Shown here in pieces: positions 22,553 through 32,373 of a stretch of DNA of 64,000 bases; the first letter of the stretch is position 1; the number at the start of each line of letters is the position of its first letter. The notes beneath the pieces are model-generated. The model did not search any database. It saw nothing but the letters and a program-made list of their open reading frames with translations, and had not been told where the DNA came from. Location: NCBI GenBank assembly GCA_044222475.1, contig JBGANF010000005.1, positions 1 through 64,000 of the forward strand, written 5' to 3'. The DNA comes from Polyangiaceae bacterium (GTDB lineage: Bacteria > Myxococcota_A > Polyangia > Polyangiales > Polyangiaceae). The translations under genes were made by a program, and so were the position numbers.

Positions 22553-24122
22553 GCTCGACGACCTCGCCGACGAGGCGTGGACGGCCTCGCCCGCGAGGGC
22601 GAAGGAGCTCTGGAAACGGGCGAAGAAGCACCCGGACATGGAGCGCTCCGGGTGGACGTACGAGTGGGTCCGCAAGAAGGGCTACGAGAGCGACCACCGG
22701 CAGGACCAGAACCAGCTCGAGTGGGCGGCCATCGGTCTCGCGATTCACGGGGATCCCAGAGTGGTACCGTTCATCCTCGCCCGCGCGGCCGAGCGCTGGG
22801 ACTTCGGTCGAATGCTGCTCCCGTGGCTCGAGACCGATCGGATCGATCGCGCCCGCCTCGCCGCGGCGGTGCGTCCTTGGTTGTCCAGCGACGAGACCGG
22901 CGTCCACGAGTGGAAGCTCGCCGCGCGCTGCCTCGCCCGCGCTGGAGCGCGTGAGGACGCGGAGCTCGTCGCGCCGAGACTCGGCATCTGCTTCGACGCG
23001 ATGTGGAGCCCGGACGCGAGCCAGACGGTACGCATGGAGCAGCACGCCGCATCGCTCGGCGCATCGCTCCTCCGCATCGGCGTCCCCCGATCGTTCGTGC
23101 CGATGCTCGAGGCCGTCGTGTCGGTCGAGAGCCACTCGATCGACCGCGCGCGCGGGACGGCCGCCCAGCTGCTCGCCTCGAGCGGAGTCGGGCTCGACCC
23201 GATCGCGCGCGGTCTGAAGTGGGAGCTCGACCACGGACACGCGTCGCGGGTGGTGCCAGGCCAAGTCCTCGCGATCGGAGCGCTCGGCAGAGACGCACCC
23301 GAAGAGGCGCGCCGCGGCCTGGCAGCCCTCGTGCGCCGCGCCGCCGGGGACGGCGACGAAGCGCGCGAGATGTCGGTCGCCATCGCGGCGGCGCTCACCG
23401 ACCTCGGGATGGAAGCCGACCTGACCGCGGCCGCGCGCGCATGCCTGGCGCAAGACCGCTACGGCTGGAGCGACGTCGTTCACCAGCTCGTGTTCGTCCT
23501 CGATCTCGTCGGCTCGCGCACCGATCTTCCGGCGGACCTCGCCGCGCCGTTCGTCCGCGAGGACGACTCTCGCCTCCACCGCGCGGCGTTTCGTGCGCTG
23601 AAGACACGCGGGGCGAAGGTGCCCGAGACCCGCATCGCAGACGTATGTACTCTACACCATCTCCCCGCGAGCGCCCTCCGCGACGCCGTCGGCGACGAGC
23701 GCTGGGTCCCCCGCATCGCCGTCGCGAAGGAGCTCGTCGCCCGGCCCGACGCCGAAGCCGCGCCGGCGCTCGCCTCGACGTTCGACGCGCTTCCCCGCGA
23801 GCGCCACCGCGACGATCCGCGCAGAGGGACGCGCCGCCACTGGCTGCGCGCGCTCCTCGCGACCGGCTCGGCCGAGGGTCACGCCGTCGTCGCCCGCGCG
23901 CTCGCCGAGGACCCGAAGCTCGTCGACGTCGCCGAGCTCCCCGCCGCGCTCGCGAAGACCGTGGCGACGATCTTCCTCGAGACGAAGGACAAGCACCTGC
24001 GCGACGACGCCAAACACTGGATCGCCCAACGCACGACCGCGCCCGAGGTCGTGCGCGCCCTCGAACCGCTCGGCCTCGCGCCCGAAGATTTCCCCCTGCG
24101 ACCGCAAGGAAGGATCCGATGA
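22545..24122 (+). CDS. Alpha-helical (HEAT-like) hypothetical protein
   Basis: Ala/Leu/Arg-rich helical repeats ('DDSRLHRAAFRAL', 'DERWVPRIAVAKEL'); overlaps both neighbours. Confidence 0.65.
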   Translation: MSELDDLADEAWTASPARAKELWKRAKKHPDMERSGWTYEWVRKKGYESDHRQDQNQLEWAAIGLAIHGDPRVVPFILARAAERWDFGRMLLPWLETDRIDRARLAAAVRPWLSSDETGVHEWKLAARCLARAGAREDAELVAPRLGICFDAMWSPDASQTVRMEQHAASLGASLLRIGVPRSFVPMLEAVVSVESHSIDRARGTAAQLLASSGVGLDPIARGLKWELDHGHASRVVPGQVLAIGALGRDAPEEARRGLAALVRRAAGDGDEAREMSVAIAAALTDLGMEADLTAAARACLAQDRYGWSDVVHQLVFVLDLVGSRTDLPADLAAPFVREDDSRLHRAAFRALKTRGAKVPETRIADVCTLHHLPASALRDAVGDERWVPRIAVAKELVARPDAEAAPALASTFDALPRERHRDDPRRGTRRHWLRALLATGSAEGHAVVARALAEDPKLVDVAELPAALAKTVATIFLETKDKHLRDDAKHWIAQRTTAPEVVRALEPLGLAPEDFPLRPQGRIR

Positions 24123-26302
24123 GCACCCTGACCGTTCCGAAGATGAAGATCCACGTCGTGCGCCCGACCGACGACGACACCGGGCGCATCAGCGCGCTCA
24201 CCCTCGCGCCGAACGGCCGCATCTTCGCCGCCGCCGCGTGCGACGTGCTCGCGTCCGACGACGACGGAAAGACGTTCCATCGGGTGGCCTCGCTCCCCAG
24301 CTCGGCCGCGATCTACGGCATCCACGCCGAAGCCGAGCGGGTGTGGGTGGTCGGCGGAGGCGACGACCGCGCGATCCGCGTATCCGACGACGGCGGGATG
24401 ACGTGGACGAACCTTTCAATCGAGCACCAGGGCAACCTCTACCGAATGCAGCGAGCGCCCGACGGTGCGCTCTGGGCGTGCGGGGATCGGGAGGCGCTGC
24501 TTCGGAGCACCGACGGACTTCGGTTCGACGTGCCGGAGGAGCGCAAGGGACGCGAGCGAGGCGGCCAGCGCTACCTCGACGTGATCTTCGAGGACGGGGC
24601 GATGCTGCTCCTCGGGTCGTCGGGCGGCATCGACCGCGTTCGCGGGAAGGTCGAAGAGCGGCTCGCGCTCGAAGCGAAGAAGCCGATCACGCGTCGCCTC
24701 GTCGTCGGCCAGACGTGGCTGGTGTTCGGCGACAGCGGGACGGCGTATCGCTCGGCCGACGGCGGCAAGACGTTCTCGAGGATCGACCTGCCGGTGAACG
24801 ACGACCTCGAGGATGCCGTCGCGACCGATCGCGGCGTCTTCGTCGTCGGCGGAAGCGGCGCCCTCCTCTTCTCGAAGGACGACGGAAAGACGTTCGCCAA
24901 GATCCCGACCGAGCTCGCCGGCCACCTGTGGAGCGTCCTCGCGGCGCGCGACGGCAGGCTCTTGGTCGCGGGAGACGACGGGCTCGTCGCCGCGATCGAG
25001 ATTTCGGCGAGCGAGACGATGACCGTACCTGCGCTCGAGACGGCCAACGCCGTCGAAGAAGAGGACGAAGAAGAAGACGAAGAAGAAGAGGAGGAGGAGC
25101 CCGCCGAGTCGACCCGCAAGGACCGGGGCGCGCCGCTCTCGCGCGCAGCGGCCTCGGCCCGCTGGAAGACGGAAGGCCGCGCGTTCATCTCTGCGCTCAA
25201 CGCCTACGTTCGCGCTTGCTACGACGTCGGCCCGAACAAGGCCGGCAAGGAGCCCAGCGAGACCCGCGAGGACATGGCCGAGTTCGTGCGCATGGAGCTC
25301 GTGCTCTTGAACTCCGAGGGGAAACACGAAGAAGCGCGCGAGCTGTACCCGCCGGCGTACGAGCCGTTCGACTACGAGGCGTTGGGCACCAGCATCGACG
25401 CACTGGCGTTCCTCGACGAGAAGCGGCGCGTGGTCGCGGTGCGAGGCGCGGTCTTCGTCCTCGAACGGGGCCGCATCACCGAGGTGCCCGATCTCACGTT
25501 CTTCGGGCGCTCGTCGGACAAGAAGCTGTGGGCGAAGGTCCACGCGGATCGCATCGACGTCCACCGAGACTGGGATGGTCCCAAAGTGGGATCCATCCCG
25601 TACTCCGGGCCGACGCCCGAGCAGGTCGTGCTCACGCCCGAGGGTGACGCGGCCGCCATCGCCGGTGGCGGCGTCTTCTGGGTCCACGCGTCGGGCACGG
25701 TGCGCGAGCTCCAGGGCGACGCCAGCTACTGCCACGTCGCGCTCTCTCCCAATGGGCGCTTCCTCGCCTACGGCACGCAGGACACCGCGCACGTCCTGCT
25801 CGACCGAAAGACCGGGCGCGAGCACCGGTTCGATCCGATGTCGTCCTACCCGCACTTCGCGTTCTTCCACCACGACGAGCCCAAGGTCGTCTTTTCGTCC
25901 TGCCACGCGCTGTACGGCAGCGCCTCGATGCTCGTCGACGTCGACCGACTCGCCGCTGGCAAGCCCAAGCACGCCCAACCGCTCGATCGCCGCGCTTGGG
26001 TCCACTCCGGCGCTTCCTGGGGCGATCGGTTCCTCCTGGGCGACCGATCCGGCTACGTGTGGGCGAAGAAGCCGGGTGACGACGAATCGACCTGGTACCT
26101 CTTCGTCGGCTCGACGCTGACCGCGCTCGACGTGTCCCAAGATGGTAAAAAGCTCCTGATTGGCAGCTACGCCGGCTACGTGATCGAGCTCGACCTGGGC
26201 CCTCCCGGCCAGGCGCCGGACGAAACGCTCCTCACCAACGGTCCGGTGAAGGAGACCGCGCGCTGGGTCTTCTGGCAGGGTCACGCGCCGATGATCTGGT
26301 AA
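24119..26302 (+). CDS. BNR/YCF48-like beta-propeller, acidic linker and WD40-like domain protein
   Basis: Repeated 'SDDDGKTF', 'SDDGGMTW', 'SADGGKTF', 'SKDDGKTF'; E-rich linker; 'VALSPNGRFLAYG', 'LDVSQDGKKLLIGS'. Confidence 0.75.
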   Translation: MSTLTVPKMKIHVVRPTDDDTGRISALTLAPNGRIFAAAACDVLASDDDGKTFHRVASLPSSAAIYGIHAEAERVWVVGGGDDRAIRVSDDGGMTWTNLSIEHQGNLYRMQRAPDGALWACGDREALLRSTDGLRFDVPEERKGRERGGQRYLDVIFEDGAMLLLGSSGGIDRVRGKVEERLALEAKKPITRRLVVGQTWLVFGDSGTAYRSADGGKTFSRIDLPVNDDLEDAVATDRGVFVVGGSGALLFSKDDGKTFAKIPTELAGHLWSVLAARDGRLLVAGDDGLVAAIEISASETMTVPALETANAVEEEDEEEDEEEEEEEPAESTRKDRGAPLSRAAASARWKTEGRAFISALNAYVRACYDVGPNKAGKEPSETREDMAEFVRMELVLLNSEGKHEEARELYPPAYEPFDYEALGTSIDALAFLDEKRRVVAVRGAVFVLERGRITEVPDLTFFGRSSDKKLWAKVHADRIDVHRDWDGPKVGSIPYSGPTPEQVVLTPEGDAAAIAGGGVFWVHASGTVRELQGDASYCHVALSPNGRFLAYGTQDTAHVLLDRKTGREHRFDPMSSYPHFAFFHHDEPKVVFSSCHALYGSASMLVDVDRLAAGKPKHAQPLDRRAWVHSGASWGDRFLLGDRSGYVWAKKPGDDESTWYLFVGSTLTALDVSQDGKKLLIGSYAGYVIELDLGPPGQAPDETLLTNGPVKETARWVFWQGHAPMIW

Positions 26303-26312
26303 GGATGGAGGG

Positions 26313-27719
26313 ATGATCGACATCCAGTTCGTGGGCGCTGCGCAGGAGGTCACCGGGTCGAAGCACATCATCCGAACCGAGCACGCGACGCTCCTGCTCG
26401 ACTGCGGGATGTTCCAGGGCCGGCGCCGGGAGTCGATCGACAAGAACCGCGACCTCGGCTTCCGAGCGAGCGAGATCGACGTCGCGATCCTCTCGCACGC
26501 TCACATCGATCACTCCGGAGCGCTACCCCTGCTGGTGAAGAACGGCTTCGACGGGACCATCTTCGCCACCCCGGCCACCCGCGACTTGTGCGCGGTGATG
26601 CTCGAGGACGCGGCCATGATCCAAGCGTCCGACGCGAGCTACATCAACCGGAGCATCGAGCGGGACCACATCGACATGGAGCACGTCGATCCGCTCTACA
26701 ATCAGAAGGACGTCGCTGCCGTTCTGGCACGGATGATCTCGCTCCCGTACGCACGGCCCCTCGCGATCGCGCCCGGCGTGAAGCTCACCTTCCACGACGC
26801 GGGGCACGTCCTCGGAAGCGCGATCACCGTCCTCGACATCGAAGACGAAGGCCGGACGAAGCGCATCCTCTTCACCGGTGACCTCGGCCGACGGGCGATG
26901 CCCATCTTGCGCGATCCAGAGATCGTCTCCGGCGCCCACACGCTGCTCATCGAGAGCACCTACGGCGATCGGCTCCACGAAGCCATCAGCGCGATGGACG
27001 GCGAGCTCGCGAAGATCATCAACACCGTCCATGCACGGGGCGGCAAGATCGTCATCCCCTCGTTCGCCCTCGAGCGCGCGCAAGAGGTCGTCTACGCGAT
27101 CAAGCGCCTCCGGGTCCAGAAGCAGATCCCGGCGATCCCGGTCTTCGTCGACTCGCCGCTGACCGTGAAGATCACCGACGTCTTCAAGCTCCACCCCGAG
27201 TGCTACGACGAGGAGACGCGCGCGCTGATCGCCGGTCACGCTTCGCCCTTCGAGTTCGAGTCCCTCCGCTACGTGTCGGAGAAGGAAGACTCGAAGGCGA
27301 TCGACCAGGACGACCAGCCGGCGATCATCATCTCGGCGAGCGGGATGTGCGAAGCGGGGCGCGTCCTCCACCACTTGAAAGCGTTGGTCGAGAGCGACAA
27401 GAACGCGGTGTGCCTCGTCGGGTTCCAGGCCCAGCACACGCTCGGCCGCCGCATCGCCGAGAAGCGGCCGCGGGTGAAGATCTTCGGCGTCGAGCGCGAC
27501 CTTCGCGCCGACGTCTACTCGCTGAGCGGGTTCTCCGCGCACGCCGATCAGTCCGACCTGATCGACTACGTCGACCGCGCGAAAGAGGGCGGCGCGCTCG
27601 AGAACGTGGTCCTCGTCCACGGCGAACCGCCGGCGCAGCGGGTCCTGAAGGAGAAGCTGAAGGAGCGCGGCGCCAAGAGCGTCGCGATCCCGAAGAGCGG
27701 CGACGTGCTCGCGGTGTGA
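26313..27719 (+). CDS. MBL-fold beta-CASP ribonuclease (Ysh1/TTHA0252-like)
   Basis: 'SHAHIDHSG', 'AGHVLGS', 'TGDLG', 'ESTYG', 'FSAHAD', 'LVHGE'. Confidence 0.92.
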   Translation: MIDIQFVGAAQEVTGSKHIIRTEHATLLLDCGMFQGRRRESIDKNRDLGFRASEIDVAILSHAHIDHSGALPLLVKNGFDGTIFATPATRDLCAVMLEDAAMIQASDASYINRSIERDHIDMEHVDPLYNQKDVAAVLARMISLPYARPLAIAPGVKLTFHDAGHVLGSAITVLDIEDEGRTKRILFTGDLGRRAMPILRDPEIVSGAHTLLIESTYGDRLHEAISAMDGELAKIINTVHARGGKIVIPSFALERAQEVVYAIKRLRVQKQIPAIPVFVDSPLTVKITDVFKLHPECYDEETRALIAGHASPFEFESLRYVSEKEDSKAIDQDDQPAIIISASGMCEAGRVLHHLKALVESDKNAVCLVGFQAQHTLGRRIAEKRPRVKIFGVERDLRADVYSLSGFSAHADQSDLIDYVDRAKEGGALENVVLVHGEPPAQRVLKEKLKERGAKSVAIPKSGDVLAV

Positions 27720-27726
27720 GGCGGCG

Positions 27727-28458
27727 ATGATCGAAGCGCTCAAGTGCCCGACGTGCGGTGGTCCGGTTCGCGTGCGCGCGGCCGAGACGCTGACGATTTG
27801 CCTCTACTGCAACGGCGCACTGAAGATCGCGCGTCCCGAGTCGGGCGCGGCCACCGTCGAGGTCGACACCACGATCGCGAGCGATGCCATCGACCGGATC
27901 AAGGAGTTGATCCTCCAGGGAAAGCGACCCGAGGCCGTCACGCTCTACTGCGAGTCGGCGAAGTGCGACCGGGCTGCCGCCGAAGCGGCCATCGAGACGT
28001 ACGTCGCGTCGGCCGTGGCCACGACGATCTTCTCGTCCACGCTGAACGGCTTCGGGATCGGCCTCTACCTCGCTTCGATCGCGCTCGTCGGCGGCGGCAT
28101 CTGGTCCGCCGTCGCGACCAACGTCCCCGCGGTCGTGTGGGTCGTGATGCTGATCTTGGGCAGCATCAACCTGTTGGTCCTGACCAAGGCGGCGGTGAAG
28201 ACGATCCGGTACCTCGCGGCCTCCCGCGGCGAAGCCGCGATTCTCCGCCACGCGCTCATCGGGAAGAACGGCGACGTGAGCTCCTTTCTCCTCCTGCTCG
28301 AGGTGACCGACCCTACCGGCGCCAAGTTCGAGAGCGAGGTCGCGTTCCCCACATCGAAGACCGGCGCGGCGAAGATCCGCGTCGGTCGTCGCTTCCGGGT
28401 GAAGTACTTCCCCGGCGATCCGACGTCGGTGGTGTTCGCTGGCAAGATCGACGAGTAG
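27727..28458 (+). CDS. Zn-ribbon membrane protein
   Basis: 'CPTCGG...CLYCN', two TM segments, C-terminal beta domain. Confidence 0.7.
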   Translation: MIEALKCPTCGGPVRVRAAETLTICLYCNGALKIARPESGAATVEVDTTIASDAIDRIKELILQGKRPEAVTLYCESAKCDRAAAEAAIETYVASAVATTIFSSTLNGFGIGLYLASIALVGGGIWSAVATNVPAVVWVVMLILGSINLLVLTKAAVKTIRYLAASRGEAAILRHALIGKNGDVSSFLLLLEVTDPTGAKFESEVAFPTSKTGAAKIRVGRRFRVKYFPGDPTSVVFAGKIDE

Positions 28459-28516
28459 CTTGGGCACCCCTGACTGAAGTCGCGCTCCAAAAAGAGCGGC
28501 CGCGGGCTGACGTGGA

Positions 28517-29398
28517 TCAGCCCGGCTCCGTCCTCGTCTTCAGCTTCCCCCGCCGGAGGGCACTTTCTCCGGTGAAGGCGGCGCCGATCAGAAAGACCTG
28601 CGACGAGTAGTGCATCCACAGCACGAGCACGATCACCGCCCCCGCTTCCCCGTACGTCGCGTTCACGCCCTTGTGGCCGAGGTAGGCGCTCACCGCCATC
28701 GTGCCGAACGTGAAGAGGACCGCCGTCACCGTCGCGCCGAGGAGCGCATCCCGCCACGGGATCTTCTCGGTCGGGAGAACCCGCAACACGATCGCGAACA
28801 TCAGCACGGTGACGACGAACGACACTACCGCAGCGAGCGCTCGCGCCGCGGCGGGGCTGTCTTCGCCGAGCGAGTGCGCGCCCATCGTGAACGCCGTCTT
28901 CACGAGCACGATCGCGACGAGCACGACGCCCACGCCACACGCCAGCACGAACGAGAGAGCGCGCTTTTCGAGCTGATGCTTCAGCTTCTCGGCGAAGCCC
29001 TTCCGCTCGGGGATCGGCACGTCCCACAGGATGTCGAGAGCGCGCTTCAACTGGCTGAACAGCCGCGTCGACGCGTAGAAGAGGAGGAGGAGCGTCAGCG
29101 CCGACCGAAAGCCGCCGTCGGGACGGTGCACGCGGTCGACGAGGGCGATGATCGTCGCCGCGCCGGACGGGCCGACCCAACGACCGAGGTTTTCACCGAG
29201 GGCCGACCGGGCCTCGGCTTCGCCGAGGAAGGTCCCCGCGACTTGGAGCGCGATCAGGCACAGCGGCGCGATCGATAGCATCGCGTAGAACGCGAGCGCG
29301 CCTGCGAGGAGGCGTCCACCGCGACGCGAGTAGCGCGAGAGCGTCGCCGAGGCGAGCTCCTTGACGGTCCCGAGACCTACGGTGGCGACCAGGGACAT
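28517..29398 (-). CDS. YihY/virulence factor BrkB family membrane protein
   Basis: 'LAGALAFYAMLSIAPL', 'YGEAGAVIVLVLWMHYSSQVFLIGA'. Confidence 0.9.
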   Translation of the reverse strand: MSLVATVGLGTVKELASATLSRYSRRGGRLLAGALAFYAMLSIAPLCLIALQVAGTFLGEAEARSALGENLGRWVGPSGAATIIALVDRVHRPDGGFRSALTLLLLFYASTRLFSQLKRALDILWDVPIPERKGFAEKLKHQLEKRALSFVLACGVGVVLVAIVLVKTAFTMGAHSLGEDSPAAARALAAVVSFVVTVLMFAIVLRVLPTEKIPWRDALLGATVTAVLFTFGTMAVSAYLGHKGVNATYGEAGAVIVLVLWMHYSSQVFLIGAAFTGESALRRGKLKTRTEPG

Positions 29399-29472
29399 GA
29401 AGCCCGCATTGTCGTCCCGCCTTGCGATCGGCGCCACGAGGAACTTGGCCGAAGTTTGCTATCCTCCGCCGC

Positions 29473-30492
29473 GTGACAGCATCCAGCCCCGAAGCGCTCG
29501 CGAAGAAACAGGTCGACTGGCTCGTCGCTCGGCTCGTCTCCGACCGAGCCAAGACCGAGCTCGCGAAGGACCTCGAGGACGGCTACGACGCCATCCTCGG
29601 CCGCCCCGTCGAGGAGGTGATCGACCTCGCAGCGCTCGAAGCCGCGATCGACGCCTCGCTCACGAAGGAGCGCTTCGCCCGTGGAACGCGCCCCGCGACG
29701 CTCGCGTCCCACATGGGGATCCTGAGGATCATCCGCACCGATCGTACCAAAGTGGGACAGCTCGTGAGCGAAGACACGAAGAAGAAGATCGACAAGCTGC
29801 TCGAGCGCCCCAAGCTCGTCAACGAGAAGCTCGTTCGTCGAGCCATCGAGCAGGACGCCGTCGAGGAGATCCTGCGCGACGTCCTGTACGACGCACTGAA
29901 GGAGTTCAACGAGAAGGTGAACCCGTTCGTCGCGGAGTGGGGCCTCCCCGGGCTGTTGAAGAAGCTCGGCCCATTCGGCCTCGGCCCGCTGGGGAAGTCG
30001 CTCGACAACGTCCGCGCAGAGTTCGAGAAGCGGCTCGAGCCCGAGATGCGGAAGTTCCTCCAAGGGTTCTCGCGCAAGGCGCTCAAGCGCGCCGCCGACC
30101 TGGCGGTGAAGAACGGTGACGACGCGAACGCGGTGGCGCTGCGCAAGAGCCTCGCGCTGTGGGTGATGGAGCAGGAGCTCCGCGAGCTCGTCGGCAACGT
30201 CGACGACGAGAACGCCAAGCTGCTCCACGAGATCGCGCTCGACGTGTCGGAGTACGCGTCGACGCTGGAGGTCGTGCGCAAGAAGCGCCGCGAGACGCTT
30301 CAGGCGCTCTTCGCCGCCCACGCGAAGATGCCGCTCGGCGCGGCCCTCGGTGACCACGGCATCAGCGCGCGCCCCGACTTCGCCGCCCTCGCGGCTGCGA
30401 TCTGGCCCGCGTACGTCGCAGTGGTGAAGAGCGACGCGATGCAAAAGCGCCTCGGCGCGTTGTTCGCGGAGTACTTCGCCGAGGTCCCATGA
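29473..30492 (+). CDS. Helical hypothetical protein
   Basis: Strong codon bias; GTG 7 nt after TATCCT; ATGA overlap with the next gene. Confidence 0.7.
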   Translation: MTASSPEALAKKQVDWLVARLVSDRAKTELAKDLEDGYDAILGRPVEEVIDLAALEAAIDASLTKERFARGTRPATLASHMGILRIIRTDRTKVGQLVSEDTKKKIDKLLERPKLVNEKLVRRAIEQDAVEEILRDVLYDALKEFNEKVNPFVAEWGLPGLLKKLGPFGLGPLGKSLDNVRAEFEKRLEPEMRKFLQGFSRKALKRAADLAVKNGDDANAVALRKSLALWVMEQELRELVGNVDDENAKLLHEIALDVSEYASTLEVVRKKRRETLQALFAAHAKMPLGAALGDHGISARPDFAALAAAIWPAYVAVVKSDAMQKRLGALFAEYFAEVP

Positions 30493-31367
30493 TCCAGTAC
30501 GACCCGAAGAGCCTCCTCGGCGTCCTGTTCCGCGTTCGCGGATCGATTGCCGCAAGGCTACTTCCGCGGACGCTCGCGGCGGCGGCGGTGGGCCTCGCCG
30601 CGGTGTTCCTCCTACGGCACTGGCCGTTCAAGCTCCCGCCGCTCGCGCATACGCTGATCGGCGTCGCCCTCGGTCTGCTGCTCGTGTTCCGCACCAACGC
30701 TTCGTACGACCGCTACTGGGAAGGTCGGAAGCTCCTCGGCAGCATGGTGAATCGCACGCGCGACATCGCCCGCCAGCTGCGGACGTACGTGACCGCTCCG
30801 GACGACGTGCGGGAGGCGGCGTTCGCCGAGGTCGAGCGCGGGCTTCGGCTCTTCTACGCGCTCACCGTGATGAGCCTCCGATCGGAGACCGACCTCGGGA
30901 CGGTCGACATCTTGCGCCCGGACGAACGCGCCGAGCTCGAGCCGCTCAAAGCTCGAGCGCCGATGGCCCTGGTCTGGGTGTCCCGACGCATCGAGGCGCT
31001 CGCGAAAGCCGGCCACCTCCGCGACGTCCATGTCCAGGTGATCGATGCGAGCGTCACGGCGTTGATGGACTCGCTGGGCGGATGCGAGCGCATCGCCCGC
31101 ACGCCGGTGCCGTTCGCCTACGCGCAGCACATCAAATGGTTCGTGACCCTGTTCTGCTTCACCGTCCCGTTCGTCATGGTCGACTCGATGAGCTGGGGGA
31201 CGCCGGTCGCTGCCGCGATCCTCGCGTTCGCGCTCTACGGCATCGACGAGATCGGCGTCGAGATCGAAGACCCGTTCGGTGACGATCCGAACGATCTACC
31301 CATGGAAGCGGTGGGCGAGACGATCGGCCGGAGCGTCCAGGATCTCCTGGCCACGAAGGCTCAGTAG
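30489..31367 (+). CDS. Bestrophin-family (YneE-like) anion channel
   Basis: 'LLVFRTNASYDRYWEGRK', 'CERIARTPVPFAY', 'EIEDPFGDDPNDLP'. Confidence 0.92.
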   Translation: MIQYDPKSLLGVLFRVRGSIAARLLPRTLAAAAVGLAAVFLLRHWPFKLPPLAHTLIGVALGLLLVFRTNASYDRYWEGRKLLGSMVNRTRDIARQLRTYVTAPDDVREAAFAEVERGLRLFYALTVMSLRSETDLGTVDILRPDERAELEPLKARAPMALVWVSRRIEALAKAGHLRDVHVQVIDASVTALMDSLGGCERIARTPVPFAYAQHIKWFVTLFCFTVPFVMVDSMSWGTPVAAAILAFALYGIDEIGVEIEDPFGDDPNDLPMEAVGETIGRSVQDLLATKAQ

Positions 31368-32278
31368 CTGAGCGCGAGACCGGCGAAGCCACCACCCGGC
31401 ATCGGCGCGAGGATGGGCGCGAGGCGGAGCTTCGCCGCGTTGGGCGCCCCGCGGGCCGCATCCCAGTGCTCGATCGCCACCTCGGCAGGGCCACGTCGCC
31501 AGGCGATCTCCCCGATGCCGGAGGAGACGCCGCTGACCCCCGCGAACCCGGCGGCGACGGCGAGCGGAATGCGGAAGCTGTTCCCCACGTCGAGCGAGAG
31601 GGCGAGCCCGACGCCGAGCGCGCCGACGGCGACACCGAGGATGATCTCCGACACGCCGTTGATCGTACGCAAGCTCTTCTCGTTCGCGGCGACGGCGCGG
31701 AGCGTGGTCTCGCCGCGGGCGCGCCGAACGCTCGCCGGGATGGACGTGTCTTCGGCGATGGGCGCGTACGCATCGGCGAGCCGCTCGAGCGAGCCGCCGC
31801 TGAAGAACGCGATCAACGACGAGACGCCGGTGAGCACGCCCATGCCGATCGTGACCCAGCCGAAGACCTTGTAATACGTGTCGTCCGACGCGCCGAGGAG
31901 GAGCGCGCCCGTGGTCGCGACGCCCGCGCCGACGACGATCGACGTGATGGCTCCGCCGATGCGGGCGGCCTTCTGCCGATCGGCCTCACCGCGAATGAGC
32001 TGAAGCAACCGCAGGGGATCGTCCTCGGTGACGGACCAAGCCATCGCGGGCGCCGGAGGCGCAGCCGACGCGAGAGGCAACACGACCGGCGCGCTCGACG
32101 CGACCGGAGCCGGAGCGGTCGCCGTCGCCGACGTCGTCGCAGTCGTGACGGGCGGCGCAGACGACGACGCGGACGCGGACGCGCTCGGCGCCGGCGGTGG
32201 CTCGTCGGCGAAGGCGAGCGACGACAACGGCGGGATTGCCATCGCGAGCACCGCCACGGCCAACTTGGATCGACGCAT
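31361..32278 (-). CDS. Exported/membrane hypothetical protein
   Basis: Signal 'MRRSKLAVAVLAMA...AFA', Pro/Ala/Ser linker, four TM-like segments. Confidence 0.65.
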   Translation of the reverse strand: MRRSKLAVAVLAMAIPPLSSLAFADEPPPAPSASASASSSAPPVTTATTSATATAPAPVASSAPVVLPLASAAPPAPAMAWSVTEDDPLRLLQLIRGEADRQKAARIGGAITSIVVGAGVATTGALLLGASDDTYYKVFGWVTIGMGVLTGVSSLIAFFSGGSLERLADAYAPIAEDTSIPASVRRARGETTLRAVAANEKSLRTINGVSEIILGVAVGALGVGLALSLDVGNSFRIPLAVAAGFAGVSGVSSGIGEIAWRRGPAEVAIEHWDAARGAPNAAKLRLAPILAPMPGGGFAGLALSY

Positions 32279-32373
32279 GGGCGCAGCTTGCCCAACGGGC
32301 GACGCTCGCGCAAGGCGAGACCTGGTAAAGCGGGCAGTTCCCAAGCCAGCCGCGGCGACCTAGGTTCGCCTTC

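Noticed and set aside
22480..25100. GAR/GAC-rich tracts as DNA repeats or CRISPR
   Set aside because: They encode poly-Glu/Asp with mixed codons; no repeat-spacer structure and no cas genes in the window.
26313..27719. beta-CASP nuclease as an anti-phage effector
   Set aside because: Looks like the ordinary widespread Ysh1/TTHA0252-type RNase, with host-like codon usage.
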